This document shows, piece by piece, positions 34,601 to 49,222 of a DNA stretch of 64,000 nucleotides. Made by a program: the position numbers and the translations under genes. Origin of the DNA: an uncultured delta proteobacterium (GTDB lineage: Bacteria; Myxococcota; Myxococcia; Myxococcales; Anaeromyxobacteraceae); contig CAVYBH010000001.1 of assembly GCA_963766715.1 (NCBI GenBank), forward strand, positions 32,001 to 96,000, read 5' to 3'. The notes below the pieces were generated by a model that worked only from the letters and a program-made list of their open reading frames with translations, made no database searches and had not been told where the DNA came from. How positions within the stretch are numbered: position 1 is the first letter of the stretch; every line of letters begins with the position of its first letter.

Positions 34601-36487
34601 GCGGCCGCCGACTCGAGCGCCTCGAGAGCGGAGAGGGCGCGCTCCGGGTGGCCGGCCCGCTGCGCCAGGTCGGCCGCTTCCTCGCGGAGCGCGGCGGCGC
34701 CTGCGGAGTCGCCGGCCGCGTCGAGCGCAGGGGCCGACCGCGAGCAGGGCGGCGAGGAGATCCTCGGCCGACGCGCCGTCCGCGCCCGGAGCGGCGAGAG
34801 AGGCGCGCGCGGAGGCCAGGCGGGCCAGCGCCACCTCGAGCTCTGCGGCCGGCAGGCCGGCGGCTGCCTCCTGCGCCCGGCGAAGCAGGTCCCGCTCCCG
34901 CGCCGGGTCGCGGGCCTCGGAGCGGGCCGCGGCGGCCGCGCGGGACAGGAGCCGGGCCCGGCGACGGCGGGAGCGCAGCCGGTCGGCGTCGCCGGCGAGC
35001 CGCTCCAGCGCGCGGGCCCGGTCGGGATCGACGCGGAACCGCCACTCGACGATCTCGGCGTCGTGAGGGCGCAGCTCGAGGAGCCGGTCGAGCGAGCTCA
35101 AGGCGAGGGCGTGGTGACCGGCCTCCTCCGCCAGCTCGGCGAGCGCCGCCAGGCGATCGGCCTCCACGGCGGGGTCGAGGCGGGTCTCGCCCGGGGCGAG
35201 CAGCGCCTCGTGCAGCGCGAGCGCCTCCCGGACCGAGCCTCCGGCGTGGAGGAGCTCGGCGAGCATCTGGCCGGCGAAGTGGAGGTCGCCCGACCGCTCG
35301 TGCGCCCGCCGGGCCGCCCGGAGCGCGGTGGCGAGGTCGCCCTGCTCGCGGGCCCGCTCCGCGGCATCGCGGAAGGCCGTCGCGGCGGCGACCGCCTCCG
35401 TGCAGCGGCCGGCGAAGGTCTCGAGCGGCTCGCCCCAGGGGAGGGTCGACACGGGCGGCGGCGCGCCTCGCCGGAGCGCCACGTGCTCGTCGGCCAGCGC
35501 GCGGTCGGGAGGCAGGCGGGAGAGCGCCTCGGTGAAGGCGGTGTCGGCCTCGGGGAACCGGCGGGCCGTGGCGAGCAGGCGGGCCCGATCGAGCAGCCGG
35601 GAGCCGGCGCCGGCGGGATCCAGGACGGCGACGCGGTCGAGGAGATCGACCACCGCCGGGACGTCTCCCGCGCGGCGGGCGATGGCGAGGCAGGCCTCGG
35701 TGGCCGCGAGGTCGCGGGGTGCGAGCGTCCGGGCCTCCTCGGCGTGGACGCGCGCCGACGCGGCGTCCTCGGCGGCGAGCTCCAGCTCCGAGAGGCGGAG
35801 CAGCAGCGCGGGGCGCTGGCCGGTGGGTGCGGCCGGGATGAGCCCGGCGAGCGCACGCCGCTCGGCGGCAGGATCGGCGTGCTCGCGGGCGATGCCGACG
35901 AGCGCCGCCCAGGCGTCGCGGGCCTCGTCCCGCCCCAGGCCGAGCTCGAGCGCGGTGCGGAGCGCCGCCTCGCCCTCGACCGGGAGGCCGGAGACGAGCG
36001 CGGCCTGTCCGGCCAGCGCGAACCGCAGCGGCGCGTCCGGGTCGCCGCGCCTCCGCGCGTCCTCGGCGGCCTCGAGCAGTTCCAGCGCCTCGGCGCCGGG
36101 GCGCTGCCAGAGGGCGCGGCGTGCGGCTCCGTCGCCGCGAACCGCGTGGCGGAGCCCCGAGAGATCCGGAGCGGGCCATCCCAGGGGCAACAGCGCGGCG
36201 CCCACGAGCGACTCGAGCGCGTCGGGCCCGGGCAGCGCCTGGTCCGGGCCCGCGCCCACCTCGAGGCGCAGGAGCGAGCAGGGCAGCGGCCGGAACTGCG
36301 AGGTGCCGCCGCCCGCGTCGAAGGCCGCCGGGGCGCCGTGGACCTCCATCTCCAGGTCGACGGCGACGAGCCCGTTCGGGAGCGTCGCCTTCGTCAGGCC
36401 GACGCGAACTCGCCCGCGCGCGAGCCGGAGCTCGAGGCGGGCGGTGCGGGGGGCATGGCCCCGATCGGGTATGGAGGTCTCCGGCAC
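31683..36487 (-). CDS. Very large TPR/alpha-solenoid protein (multiple frameshifts)
   Basis: Ala/Arg/Leu-rich helical repeats with A..LDP.D turns, pieced together from several frames. Confidence 0.65.
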
Positions 36488-36534
36488 GGAGGCGGAATCC
36501 TATCGTGGATCGCGCCAGCGCGGGGAGCCGCTCG

Positions 36535-39742
<3,208 letters not shown>

Positions 39743-39970
39743 CTGGGGGCGAATCCTCGGCAAGTCGAAAAAAGCCGACCTTTTCAGGAGGATAGGGTCA
39801 GTGGTGCGGGGGTGCAAGGAGATCGTCCTCCGGATCGCGGGGCGGGCCTTCGAGGTGGATGGGTAACGGGTCCGGAGGAAGGGCCATTCCCCTCCGCGAG
39901 CGCGTACCCGAAGGGCCCGATGCCTTCGCCGCGGTGGCGCCTCCGGTCCCCCGACAGTACAGTGCCGCGC

Positions 39971-41338
39971 ATGTCGCTCGACCGGAGCATCACCGAGAGC
40001 CCCCCGGTGCGAGGCGTGGCCGACCTCGTCGCCTGGTTCCGCGAGCGCGAGCATCCCGTCGGCACCTGGAAGGTGGGCATCGAGTACGAGACCCTGCCCC
40101 AGGTGGCGGGGACCCTCGATCCGGTGCCGTACGAGGGTCCGCGGGGCATCGAGGCCGTGCTGCGCGCCTATTCCCGCTGGGGCTACGTGCCCTTCGAGGA
40201 GAACGGGCGAGCCATCGCCGCGCAGAAGGGCGGGCTGACCGTCTCCATCGAGCCCGGAGGCCAGGTCGAGCTGTCCGGGCGCCCGTTCCAGGACGTCCAC
40301 GCCGTCGCCGAGGAGCTGGACCGGCACCTGGAGATCGGCCGGGCCATCGGCTCGGAGCTGGGGATCGAGTTCCTGGCGAGCGGCTACCGCCCGTGGGGAT
40401 CGCCGGCGACGGCCCGCTGGGTCCCGAAGGAGCGGTACGCCGTGATGAGGCCGTTCCTCGCCGCCCGGGGGCGGCTGGGGCCGGACATGATGTCCATGAC
40501 CGCGTCGGCGCAGGCCTCCTTCGACTTCGCCAGCGAGCGGGACGCGGCGGAGAAGCTGCGGGTCGCGCTCGCCGCCCAGCCGGCCATCGTGGCGCTGTGC
40601 GCCAACTCGCCGGTGGTGGCCGGCGCCGAGTCGGGCTGGCAGAGCTACCGGACCGAGGTCTGGAACCACACCGACCCGGCCCGCTGCGGGATCCTGCCCT
40701 TCGCCTTCGAGCCCGGCTTCGAGGAGGACGCCTACCGGCGCTACGTCGAGTGGATCCTCGACGTGCCCATGGTCTTCCTGCGGCGCGGGGGCCGGTACCT
40801 GGACACCCGCGGCTTCACCTTCCGCCGCTACCTGGCCGAGGGGCTCGAGGGACACCACGCCACGCTCGCCGACTGGGAGGACCAGCTCTCGGTGGTCTTC
40901 CCCGAGGTGCGCATGAAGGGGGTCATCGAGGTCCGGGGGTCGGACGCGGTTCCTCCACCCATGGTGAAGGGGCTGGCCGCCTTCTGGAAGGGGCTGCTCT
41001 ACTCCCGGGAGTCGCGCGACTGGGCCTGGGACCTGGTCCGCCGCTACCCGCTCGAGACCCGCCGCGCGCTGCGCGACGCCGCCGGACGCGAGGGGCTGCG
41101 GGCGCGCGCGCCGGACGGGCGCACGCTCGCCGAGCTCGCGACCGACCTGCTCGAGGCGGCCTCGCTGGGCCTGTGCCGGCAAGGGGCCTGCGGGCAGAAG
41201 GGCGACGACGAGCGCGTCTGGCTCGAGCCCCTCCTCGAGCGGGCGCGCGCGGCGCGGAGCCCGGCCGACGACGCGCTCGAGGCCTTCCGCCGCGGCGGGG
41301 ACGCGGCGCTCTCCGCCCAGCTGCGCATCGCCGGCTAG
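39971..41338 (+). CDS. gshA: Glutamate--cysteine ligase (GCS2, plant/alphaproteobacterial type)
   Basis: GIEYE, SIEPGGQVELSG, PKERY, ANSP, FPEVR.K..IEVRGSD. Confidence 0.88.
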   Translation: MSLDRSITESPPVRGVADLVAWFREREHPVGTWKVGIEYETLPQVAGTLDPVPYEGPRGIEAVLRAYSRWGYVPFEENGRAIAAQKGGLTVSIEPGGQVELSGRPFQDVHAVAEELDRHLEIGRAIGSELGIEFLASGYRPWGSPATARWVPKERYAVMRPFLAARGRLGPDMMSMTASAQASFDFASERDAAEKLRVALAAQPAIVALCANSPVVAGAESGWQSYRTEVWNHTDPARCGILPFAFEPGFEEDAYRRYVEWILDVPMVFLRRGGRYLDTRGFTFRRYLAEGLEGHHATLADWEDQLSVVFPEVRMKGVIEVRGSDAVPPPMVKGLAAFWKGLLYSRESRDWAWDLVRRYPLETRRALRDAAGREGLRARAPDGRTLAELATDLLEAASLGLCRQGACGQKGDDERVWLEPLLERARAARSPADDALEAFRRGGDAALSAQLRIAG

Positions 41339-41447
41339 GTCCGCCCGTGACCGGTGGAAAACGTCCGGGTTCGCGTGGGAAGATGGCCCGTCTGAGAGGC
41401 CAGCCCCCAAAGAAGGGACCGGGAGCCGCCCGGCGTCCTCGCTCGCC

Positions 41448-43499
41448 GTGCCGCGCGCGGGGCCGCTCGGCGAGATCGGCGCCGACGCGCCCTTCGGCAT
41501 CGTCGTCGCCGACGACGCCCTCCGCTGCACCTCCGCCAACGCCACCTTCGCCTCCCTGGTCGGCGCCGACCTGGCGACGACCGAGGGTCGCGCGCTCGCC
41601 GACCTGCTCCCGGGGGCCTCCCCGGCGCTGCTCGAGGCGGCGCGCGGGGTGCTCGCCGACGGAAGGCCCCGGTTCCGCATCCCGGTGGTCCTGGAGGTAT
41701 CCGGGCAGACGCGCCGCGCCGACTTCACGCTCTACCGGACCGACGCGGCGGCCGACGGACCCCGGGTGGTCGGGCTGGCCCGGGACCTCGGCGCCCTGCC
41801 GGAGGCCGGCCAGGCCGAGCGATCGGCCCGGCTGCGCCCCGAGGCGGTGGCCGAGCGGCTGGCCAAGCTGCAGGAGGTCACGGCCGCGCTCTCGGCGGCG
41901 GTGACCGAGGAGGAGGTCGCGCGAGCGGTCCTGGGCACCGGCCTCCACGTGCTCGGCGCCAGCGGCGGGAGCCTCTGCTTCCCGGAGGCTGGCGTCCTGG
42001 AGGTGACCCACTCGGCCGGCTCGATGGACTCCGGAGGGGAGGGGGGCACGCCCGGCGCGCTCCGTGCGCCTCTCGAGGAGGCCTTCCTCCGCGAGGAGCC
42101 GGTCTGGATCGCCTCCTCGGCGGAGCTGCGAAACCGGTACCCGGCGCTGGTTCCGGCCGGGGCCACGGTGGGCGACGCCTCCTGGGCCGCGCTGCCGCTC
42201 CGGGTCCGGGGACGGCCCATCGGCGCGCTCGGGATCGGCTTCGCCGGCGCCCACCGGTTCGACGAGGAGGAGCGGGGCTTCCTCGAGGCGCTGGCCCACC
42301 AGTGCGCCCAGGCCATCGACCGCGCCCGGCTCTACGAGACGCAGCGGGAGCTCCGCGCCCAGGCCGAGGACGCGGCCGAGACCCGGGACCTCCTGGTCCG
42401 GGAGCTGCGCCGGACGCTCCGCGAGCGCGACGAGTCGGCCGCCCTCCTCGACGCACTGTTCGTGAATGCCCCGGTGGGGATGGCGCTCCTCGACCGGGAC
42501 ATGCGCTACGTGCGCATGAACGACTGCCTGGCCGCGCTGCACGAGGCGCCGGCCCAGACGCTGCTCGGCCGCACGCTCTGGGAGGTGCTGCCGCCCATCG
42601 CGCGGGACGACCTGATCCGCGACTTCCAGAAGGTCGTGGACGGGGTCCTCTCGCTCGTCGAGCGCACCGTGACCGCGCCTCCCCGGGTGCCGGGCGACCG
42701 GCAGCGGACCTTCGTCATCACCTGGTACCCCGTGAGCGTGGCCGGGCGGCTCATCGGGGTCGGCTCGCTCGTGCAGGAGGTGACCGAGCAGCGCGTCGCC
42801 GACGAGTCCCGCCGCCACCTGCTGGGCGTGGTCGGGCACGACCTGCGCAGCCCGCTCATGGCCATCACCGCCTCGGCCGAGCTCCTGCAGGCCGGGCCGC
42901 TCGACGACCGGGCCGCGCGATCGGTGGGGCGCATCCTCCGGGCCTCCGGGCGCATCGACGGCATCATCCGGGCGCTCGTCGACTACACGCTGGTCCAGGG
43001 CGGGCCGGGCGTCTCCTTGCAGTCCCGCCGGCTCGACCTGTCGGCGCTGGCTCGATCGGTGGCCGAGGAGTGCGAGGCGGCCCACGCCGGCCGCGAGGTC
43101 CGGGTCACGGCGCCGGAGCCGATCCAGGGGGAGTGGGACGGGGACCGGATCGGGCAGGCGATCGCCAACCTGGTCAACAACGCGCTCCAGTACAGCCCGG
43201 ACGGCACGCCGGTCGAGGTGGCCTGCTGGGCCGAGGCCGCGGAGGCGCTGGTCGAGATCACGAACGCCGGCGCGCCCATCCCGGCCGAGCTCGTGCCGCA
43301 TCTCTTCGAGCCCTTCCGGCGCGGCACCGACGAGCGCACCCAGCGGCGCAAGGGGCTCGGTCTCGGGCTCTACATCGCGGTCCAGATCGCCGCCGCGCAC
43401 GGCGGCACGATCCGGGTGCGGTCCGACGAGTCCCGCGGCACCAGCTTCACGGTGCGGCTGCCGCGCGCGCTCAGCCGTGCGAGTGGCCGAACGCCCTGA
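41448..43499 (+). CDS. PAS-GAF-PAS sensor histidine kinase
   Basis: GHDLRSPL H-box, NL..NALQY, LFEPF, GLGLGL. Confidence 0.9.
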   Translation: MPRAGPLGEIGADAPFGIVVADDALRCTSANATFASLVGADLATTEGRALADLLPGASPALLEAARGVLADGRPRFRIPVVLEVSGQTRRADFTLYRTDAAADGPRVVGLARDLGALPEAGQAERSARLRPEAVAERLAKLQEVTAALSAAVTEEEVARAVLGTGLHVLGASGGSLCFPEAGVLEVTHSAGSMDSGGEGGTPGALRAPLEEAFLREEPVWIASSAELRNRYPALVPAGATVGDASWAALPLRVRGRPIGALGIGFAGAHRFDEEERGFLEALAHQCAQAIDRARLYETQRELRAQAEDAAETRDLLVRELRRTLRERDESAALLDALFVNAPVGMALLDRDMRYVRMNDCLAALHEAPAQTLLGRTLWEVLPPIARDDLIRDFQKVVDGVLSLVERTVTAPPRVPGDRQRTFVITWYPVSVAGRLIGVGSLVQEVTEQRVADESRRHLLGVVGHDLRSPLMAITASAELLQAGPLDDRAARSVGRILRASGRIDGIIRALVDYTLVQGGPGVSLQSRRLDLSALARSVAEECEAAHAGREVRVTAPEPIQGEWDGDRIGQAIANLVNNALQYSPDGTPVEVACWAEAAEALVEITNAGAPIPAELVPHLFEPFRRGTDERTQRRKGLGLGLYIAVQIAAAHGGTIRVRSDESRGTSFTVRLPRALSRASGRTP

Positions 43500-44295
43500 G
43501 CGCCCACATGGCGGCCAGGCCGCCCAGGAGCGCCAGCGAGATCTTCCAGCGATTCCCCCCGCGGCGGTGCAGGTCGGGGAGGATGTCGGAGAGCGAGAGC
43601 TGCAGGAAGGAGCCGGCGCTCGCGGCCAGCGCGACGGCGGTGAACCGCTGGACGTGGACCACCCGGTCGAGGACCACGAAGATGAGCGCGCCGAGCGGGA
43701 CCATGAGCGCGAAGCTGGCGTTCAGGAGCAGCGCCTGGCGGCGGCCGTAGCCCTCGGCGCGCAGGATGGCGGTGAGCGAGACCGACGACGGGATCTTGTG
43801 CGCCAGGATGGCCACGAAGACGAGCAGCCCCAGCGCCGGGTCGCTCTGCGCGGCGCCCAGGGCGAAGCCGTCGACCAGCGTGTGGAGCGAGAGCCCCACG
43901 AACGCGGCCAGCCCGAGGGTGTGGACGTCGCAGCCGGTGGCCTCGTGGGCGTGGTCGTGGCCGGCGTGCTCGCGGACGCCATGGGGCGGCGGGGCCGGGT
44001 GGCCGAGCAGCCGGTCGGACGGCCCCGGCTCGGCGCAGACGTGGACCAGGACGAAGCGCTCGAGCAGGAAGAGGAAGAGGAACCCGGCCACCGTCCACGG
44101 GATGACGTCGGGACCGCCCAGGTGGACCGCCTCCGGGAGCATGTGGAAGAAGGCGGCGCCGAGCATGACGCCGGCCGAGAAGGAGAGCAGGGCGTCGTTG
44201 CGGGCGCGCCGCCCGATGAGCGGGAGCGCGCCCCCGGCCAGGGAACCGGCCAGGATGGCGCCCGAGTAGGCGGCGAGCGTCAGGGACTCGGTCAC
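43471..44295 (-). CDS. ZIP family metal transporter
   Basis: FSAGVML...HMLPEA, His-rich loop, HTLVDG, AHKIP. Confidence 0.88.
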   Translation of the reverse strand: MTESLTLAAYSGAILAGSLAGGALPLIGRRARNDALLSFSAGVMLGAAFFHMLPEAVHLGGPDVIPWTVAGFLFLFLLERFVLVHVCAEPGPSDRLLGHPAPPPHGVREHAGHDHAHEATGCDVHTLGLAAFVGLSLHTLVDGFALGAAQSDPALGLLVFVAILAHKIPSSVSLTAILRAEGYGRRQALLLNASFALMVPLGALIFVVLDRVVHVQRFTAVALAASAGSFLQLSLSDILPDLHRRGGNRWKISLALLGGLAAMWALRAFGHSHG

Positions 44296-44302
44296 GGGTG
44301 GC

Positions 44303-45349
44303 TCACTCGGAGATGGCCTCTCGGGCTGCGAGGGACGGGTCGAACTCGAACGGGGCGCCGGGCGGGAAGTGGCGGGCGAGCAGCGCCTGGACGCCCGGGG
44401 AATCGGCAGCGGCGACGGCGTCCCGGCGGAAGTGGACGCCGCCCTTCAGACCGCGGGTGTACCAGAGCAGGTGCTTGCGGAGCTCCCGGACGGCGTGCGA
44501 CTCCGACGCGGCCGGATCCTCCCCGTCGTGGAGCCGGATCCGGTGCTCGATCTGGAGCCGGACGTGGCGCATGACGACGTCGATCCACTCCTCGCGCGAG
44601 GGGGAGCCAGGCATCGCCTCTCCCCGCTCGGCGGCCCGCAGGTCGCGGAAGATCCAGGGATTGCCGCAGGCGCCGCGGGCCACGAGCACCGCGTCGCAGC
44701 CGGTCTCGGCGCGCATGCGCAGCGCGTCCGAGGCCGACCAGACGTCGCCCGAGCCCAGCACCGGGATGGAGATCGCCTCCTTCACGGCGCGGATGAGCGA
44801 CCAGTCGGCGCGACCGGCGTAGCCCTGCGAGCGGGTGCGCCCGTGGAGGGCCACCGCGGAGGCGCCACCGGCCTCGGCGGCGCGCGCGACGTCGACGCAG
44901 TTCACCGTCGAGTCGTCCCAGCCGGCCCGGATCTTGATGGTGACCGGGACGCCCACCGCGCGGGTCACCTCGCGGACCGCGGCCTCGACCGCGGCCGGCT
45001 CCCGGGCCAGCGCCGCTCCCGCGCCGGTGCCACAGACCTTCCGGACCGGGCAGGCCATGTTGATGTCGACGATGCCGGCGCCGGCCGCCACCGCCGCCGC
45101 CGCGCCCCGGGCCAGCACGTCCGCCTCGGCCGCGAAGATCTGCACGGCGAAGGGCACCTCGGCCGGGTCGCGATCGAGGTAGGAGAGCGTCTGTGACGTT
45201 CCGTGAATGAGGCCGTGGGCGCTCACCATCTCGGTGTACGCGAAGGCCGCCCCCATGTCCCGGCAGATGGCGCGGAACGGGCGGTCGGAGACGCCGGCGA
45301 GCGGCGCCAGGAAGAAGCGTCCGGAGAAGGTATGGGAGCCGATGTGCAT
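44303..45349 (-). CDS. dusB: tRNA-dihydrouridine synthase B
   Basis: LAPLAGVSD, TEMVS, DINMACP, KIRAGW, HGRT, GNPWIF. Confidence 0.9.
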   Translation of the reverse strand: MHIGSHTFSGRFFLAPLAGVSDRPFRAICRDMGAAFAYTEMVSAHGLIHGTSQTLSYLDRDPAEVPFAVQIFAAEADVLARGAAAAVAAGAGIVDINMACPVRKVCGTGAGAALAREPAAVEAAVREVTRAVGVPVTIKIRAGWDDSTVNCVDVARAAEAGGASAVALHGRTRSQGYAGRADWSLIRAVKEAISIPVLGSGDVWSASDALRMRAETGCDAVLVARGACGNPWIFRDLRAAERGEAMPGSPSREEWIDVVMRHVRLQIEHRIRLHDGEDPAASESHAVRELRKHLLWYTRGLKGGVHFRRDAVAAADSPGVQALLARHFPPGAPFEFDPSLAAREAISE

Positions 45350-45456
45350 CGGGGGCCGCCGGGGAGGCGGGAACGCCTCCTCCTAGCACGAAGGGAGCGC
45401 CGCCGCACGGCGCCCCGGGCGCGCCCGGCGGGGGCGTGCTAGATCCTCGGGCCCGG

Positions 45457-46918
45457 ATGTCTCCCGCGGTCGCCATCGCCGCCCTCGCCCTCGCCGCCGC
45501 GGCGCCCCGCCACGTCACGATCGTCTACCTCGCCGACCTCTCCGGCTGGCTCGAGCCCTGCGGGTGCAGCGCCAACCAGCGGGGCGGCCTGGCCCGCGCG
45601 GCCGAGGCCGTCGCCCGGATCCGCGCCGGGAACCCGGACACCGTCCTCGTCGCCGGCGGGGACCTGCTCTTCGAGGGCCCGCTCGATCCGGAGCGGGAGC
45701 GCCAGGACCTGGCCCGGGCCCGGGTCGTCGCCGAGGCCCTCCGCATGATGGGGCTCGCCGCCACCTTCCCCGGGGAACGGGATCTCGTGGCCGGGGAGCC
45801 CTTCGCGAAGGCCACCGGCCTTCCGTTCACCCGGAGCAAGCGGATCGGCCCGGTCGGGCTTCGGCGCGCTCGGCTCGGTCCCGCAGGCTCCCTTCCGCGT
45901 GGCCGTGGTCCACGAGGGCGGGAGCCGGCTCGGCGTGGAGCGGGCGGCCGAGGCGCGGAGGCAGGGGGTCGACCTCGTGCTCGCCGCCCACCGGGAGGGG
46001 CTGCTCGACGACGACGCCAACCGCGCGGTCCTCGACGCGCCCGTGCCCGTCGTGCAGGTCCAGGGGCGGGGGCAGTCGCTGGCGCGGATCGACGTGTTCC
46101 TCACCGGCGATCGCTCGAAGGGGTTCGCCATCCTCCCCGGCGCCTCCGAGCGGGCCGAGGAGCTCGACCTCCTTTCGGCCCGCCGCGGCGAGTACGCCCG
46201 GCGCCGGGCCGCCGCGCTGGCCTCGGGCAACGACGCGCTCGCCGCCGCCCTCGCGGCCAAGGCGTCCGAGCTGGAGGAGCGCGAGCTCGCGCTGCGGGCC
46301 ACGCCGCTCCCCGTCCCTCCCACCGACCGGCCCTCCATCCAGGTGAGCTTCGTCCCGCTCACCGACGACCTGCCCGAGGACAAGAAGGTCCGCGCCCTGC
46401 TCACCCGTCACTACGGCGAGGTGGCGCGCCTGAACCTGGCCGCGGCCAAGGCGCGGGGGAAGCCGTGCCCCGACGTCGCCAGCGCCGTCCCGTCCTTCGT
46501 CGGCGTCGACGAGGTGCCCCGGGGCGGAACCCGCGACTGCAAGGGATGCCACCCGGCCGCGTTCGCCTCCTGGGAGAAGACCCGCCACGCGGGCGCCTAC
46601 GAGACGCTGGTGAAGGGAAGCCGGCAGTTCGACCTCGACTGCGTCTCCTGCCACGTCACGGGCTGGAAGCTGCCGGGGGGGCCGTGCGACGTGGCCTCCA
46701 CCGAGGGGCGCCGCGGCGTGCAATGCGAGGCGTGCCACGGACCGGCGAGCCTCCACGCGGTCGACCCGCCCGGACACATCGTCCGGGACCCGGCCCCGGC
46801 CACCTGCACCGCGTGTCACACACCGGACCACAGCACCGGCTTCGAGCCCACCAGCTTCCGGAAAAGGGTGCTCGGGCCCGGGCACGGGGAGTCCGGGGCG
46901 ACCCAAACCCTCCCCTGA
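45457..46918 (+). CDS. UshA/5'-nucleotidase-like N-domain fused to a tetraheme c554-like cytochrome (frameshift ~45858)
   Basis: GWLEPCGC...GGLAR, GD; CKGCH, CVSCH, CEACH, CTACH. Confidence 0.8.
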
Positions 46919-46983
46919 CCTTCCGGGCCGGGCCAACTCCGGTTAACATCGGCCAGACCCTGTACCCTCTTTCCGGGACACGC

Positions 46984-48724
46984 ATGCCGATGAGCAGGAC
47001 CCGCTTCCTGATCGCGCTCGTCGCGGTCGCCTTCGCCGCGCAGGCCCGAGCCGCCGAGACCTCGGCGGGTGGGGACCCTGCCGCCCCTGCCCTGGCCGAG
47101 CCGGTGGCCGCTCCGTCCGCGCCCGCCGAGCCGCGGCCGGGCTGCCGCCGACGCCGGGGACGCGCCGGAGGTCGAGAAGGAGCTGGAGGCGCAGTCGGCC
47201 GAGATCGACGAGGTCCGCCTGGCCGAGGAGAAGGCCGCGCTCGTGCCGCTGGCCCACCCCGAGGACAGCGCCGCCCGCGAGGCGATCCGGCTCGGCACCG
47301 AGTCGCCCATTCGCCAGCGGCTGGACCGCGCGCTCTCCCGCGACACCGCCCCCCTTCCCGACGAGGACGCCGGCTCGATCGCGATGCTGCCGGAGGTCGG
47401 GCACGACCTGCGCCGGCTCCAGGCCGAGTACGACATCCCGATCGACATGAACGAGGCGGTGGTCTCCTACGTCCGCTTCTTCCAGACGCCGGTGGTGCGA
47501 AAGCACTTCGTGAAGTGGCTGGGCCGGCTCCCCCGGTACCAGGAGCGCTACCGCGCCATCCTGCGCGAGGCCGGGCTCCCCGAGGACACCATCTTCCTCG
47601 CCATGATCGAGAGCGGGTTCGCGAACCTGGCCTACTCCCGCGCCAAGGCCGCGGGCCCGTGGCAGTTCATGCCCGCCACCGGCAAGCGCATGGGGCTCGC
47701 CCAGGACTTCTGGGTGGACGAGCGGCGCGACCCGGAGAAGTCCGCCCGCGCCGCCGCGGCCTACCTGAAAGCGCTCTACGCCGAGTTCGGCGACTGGCGC
47801 CTGGCCTGGGCCGGCTACAACGCCGGCGAGGGGAAGATCGAGAAGGCCAAGAAGAAGGGGCAGCTCGACTTCTGGACCATGGCGCGCGGCAAGATCCTGA
47901 AGCGCGAGACCAAGGGCTACGTGCCCAAGCTCATGGCGGCGGCCATCATCTCCAAGCACCCGGAGGCCTTCGGGTTCCGCAAGGAGGAGATCGAGGCCGA
48001 GGCCTGGACCGCGTACGAGCGGGTGAACGTGCCCCACGCCGTCGAGCTCGAGGCCGTCGCCCGCGCCGCCGAGCTGACGCCGAAGGAGATCCACGACCTC
48101 AACCCGGAGCTGCGCCGGAGCTGCACGCCGCCGCGCGGCTACGACGTGAAGCTCCCCGTGGGCACGGCGGAGGCCTTCGCGAAGAACTGGCCGTCGATCG
48201 GTCCCACCGCCGCCCTCGGCTTCGCCCATCACACGGTGGTGAAGGGGGAGGGGGTCGCGGCCGTCGCCGCCGCCTACGGCGTCCCGTCCTCCACCATCAT
48301 CCAGATGAACGGGCTCAAGGCGGGCAAGCGCGTGAAGCCCGGCACCGAGCTCGTCATCCCGCTCACCGCCATGGCCCGCCGCTCCGGCGCGCCCGCCAGC
48401 GAGGCGGTCGCGCGGGCCCGCATCGGCGAGCTCCAGAAGAAGAACCCGGCGCTCGTCGAGAAGGAGCCCGCAGCGGCCCGCCCGGTCGCGCGGGCGCCGT
48501 CGGCGAAGCCCGGGCCCGTCGACGCGAACGGGCGCTCCACCGTCCAGGTCCAGGCCGGCGACTCGCTCTGGACCATCTCCCAGCGGCTCGGGGTGGCGCT
48601 CCAGGACCTCTGCGACTGGAACGGCATCAAGAACCCGCGCCGGCACAAGCTGCAGATCGGCAAGGAGCTGGTCGTGTACCCGCGCCAGCCCCAGCCGTCC
48701 GTCCGGGCCGCCGCCGCGGGCTGA
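46984..48724 (+). CDS. Lytic transglycosylase with LysM domains (MltD-like; frameshift ~47130)
   Basis: IESG, A.GPWQFM, YNAG, ET..YVPK, two LysM domains. Confidence 0.88.
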
Positions 48725-48882
48725 ATCGAACGCGCCGCGGCTGGATTTTTCCGAGGAAGATCGTGTATGGGGAGACGCCCCGATTGGGTTCTCGGGCGGA
48801 GATTCGCACGTCCGTGAATCCCGGCAGGGGCGAAGCCGTCCAAGCGAGCACAGCAGCACCCCCTCCACGAAAGGAAGTCCCG

Positions 48883-49140
48883 ATGAAGCGTATCGTTGCC
48901 GCCCTCTTCGTCCTCGCCTTCGCCACCACCGCCTCGGCCGACGCGGCCGCCACCTACGCCGCCAAGTGCAAGATGTGCCACGGCGCAGCCGGCGAGGGCA
49001 GCGGCATGGCCAAGGCCCCGATCAAGGGCATGGCCGCCGACAAGGTCCTCAAGGCCATCAACGAGGGCGCCGGCAAGATGAAGCCGGTCAAGATCGACGA
49101 CGCCGCCGACGTGGCGAAGTTCGTCGCCGGGCTGAAGTAG
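48883..49140 (+). CDS. Small monoheme class I cytochrome c
   Basis: Signal peptide, CKMCH, distal Met (GKMKP); RBS AAGGA. Confidence 0.88.
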   Translation: MKRIVAALFVLAFATTASADAAATYAAKCKMCHGAAGEGSGMAKAPIKGMAADKVLKAINEGAGKMKPVKIDDAADVAKFVAGLK

Positions 49141-49160
49141 TCGACCCGGCCGTTCGGCAT

Positions 49161-49198
49161 CGGGCCGCGGGGCGCTCGCCTCGCGGCCCGTCCATTTT
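49161..49198 (+). terminator. Intrinsic terminator-like hairpin between convergent genes
   Basis: CGGGCCGCGGGGC-GCTC-GCCTCGCGGCCCG followed by TCCATTTT. Confidence 0.6.
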
Positions 49199-49222
49199 CG
49201 GGGCCCGGAGGCGGGCGGCGCC

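Noticed and set aside
48790..48880. c-di-GMP/cGAMP (GEMM) riboswitch upstream of the cytochrome c
   Set aside because: A small hairpin and GGCGAAGCC are present, but the GNRA stem and receptor architecture are not.
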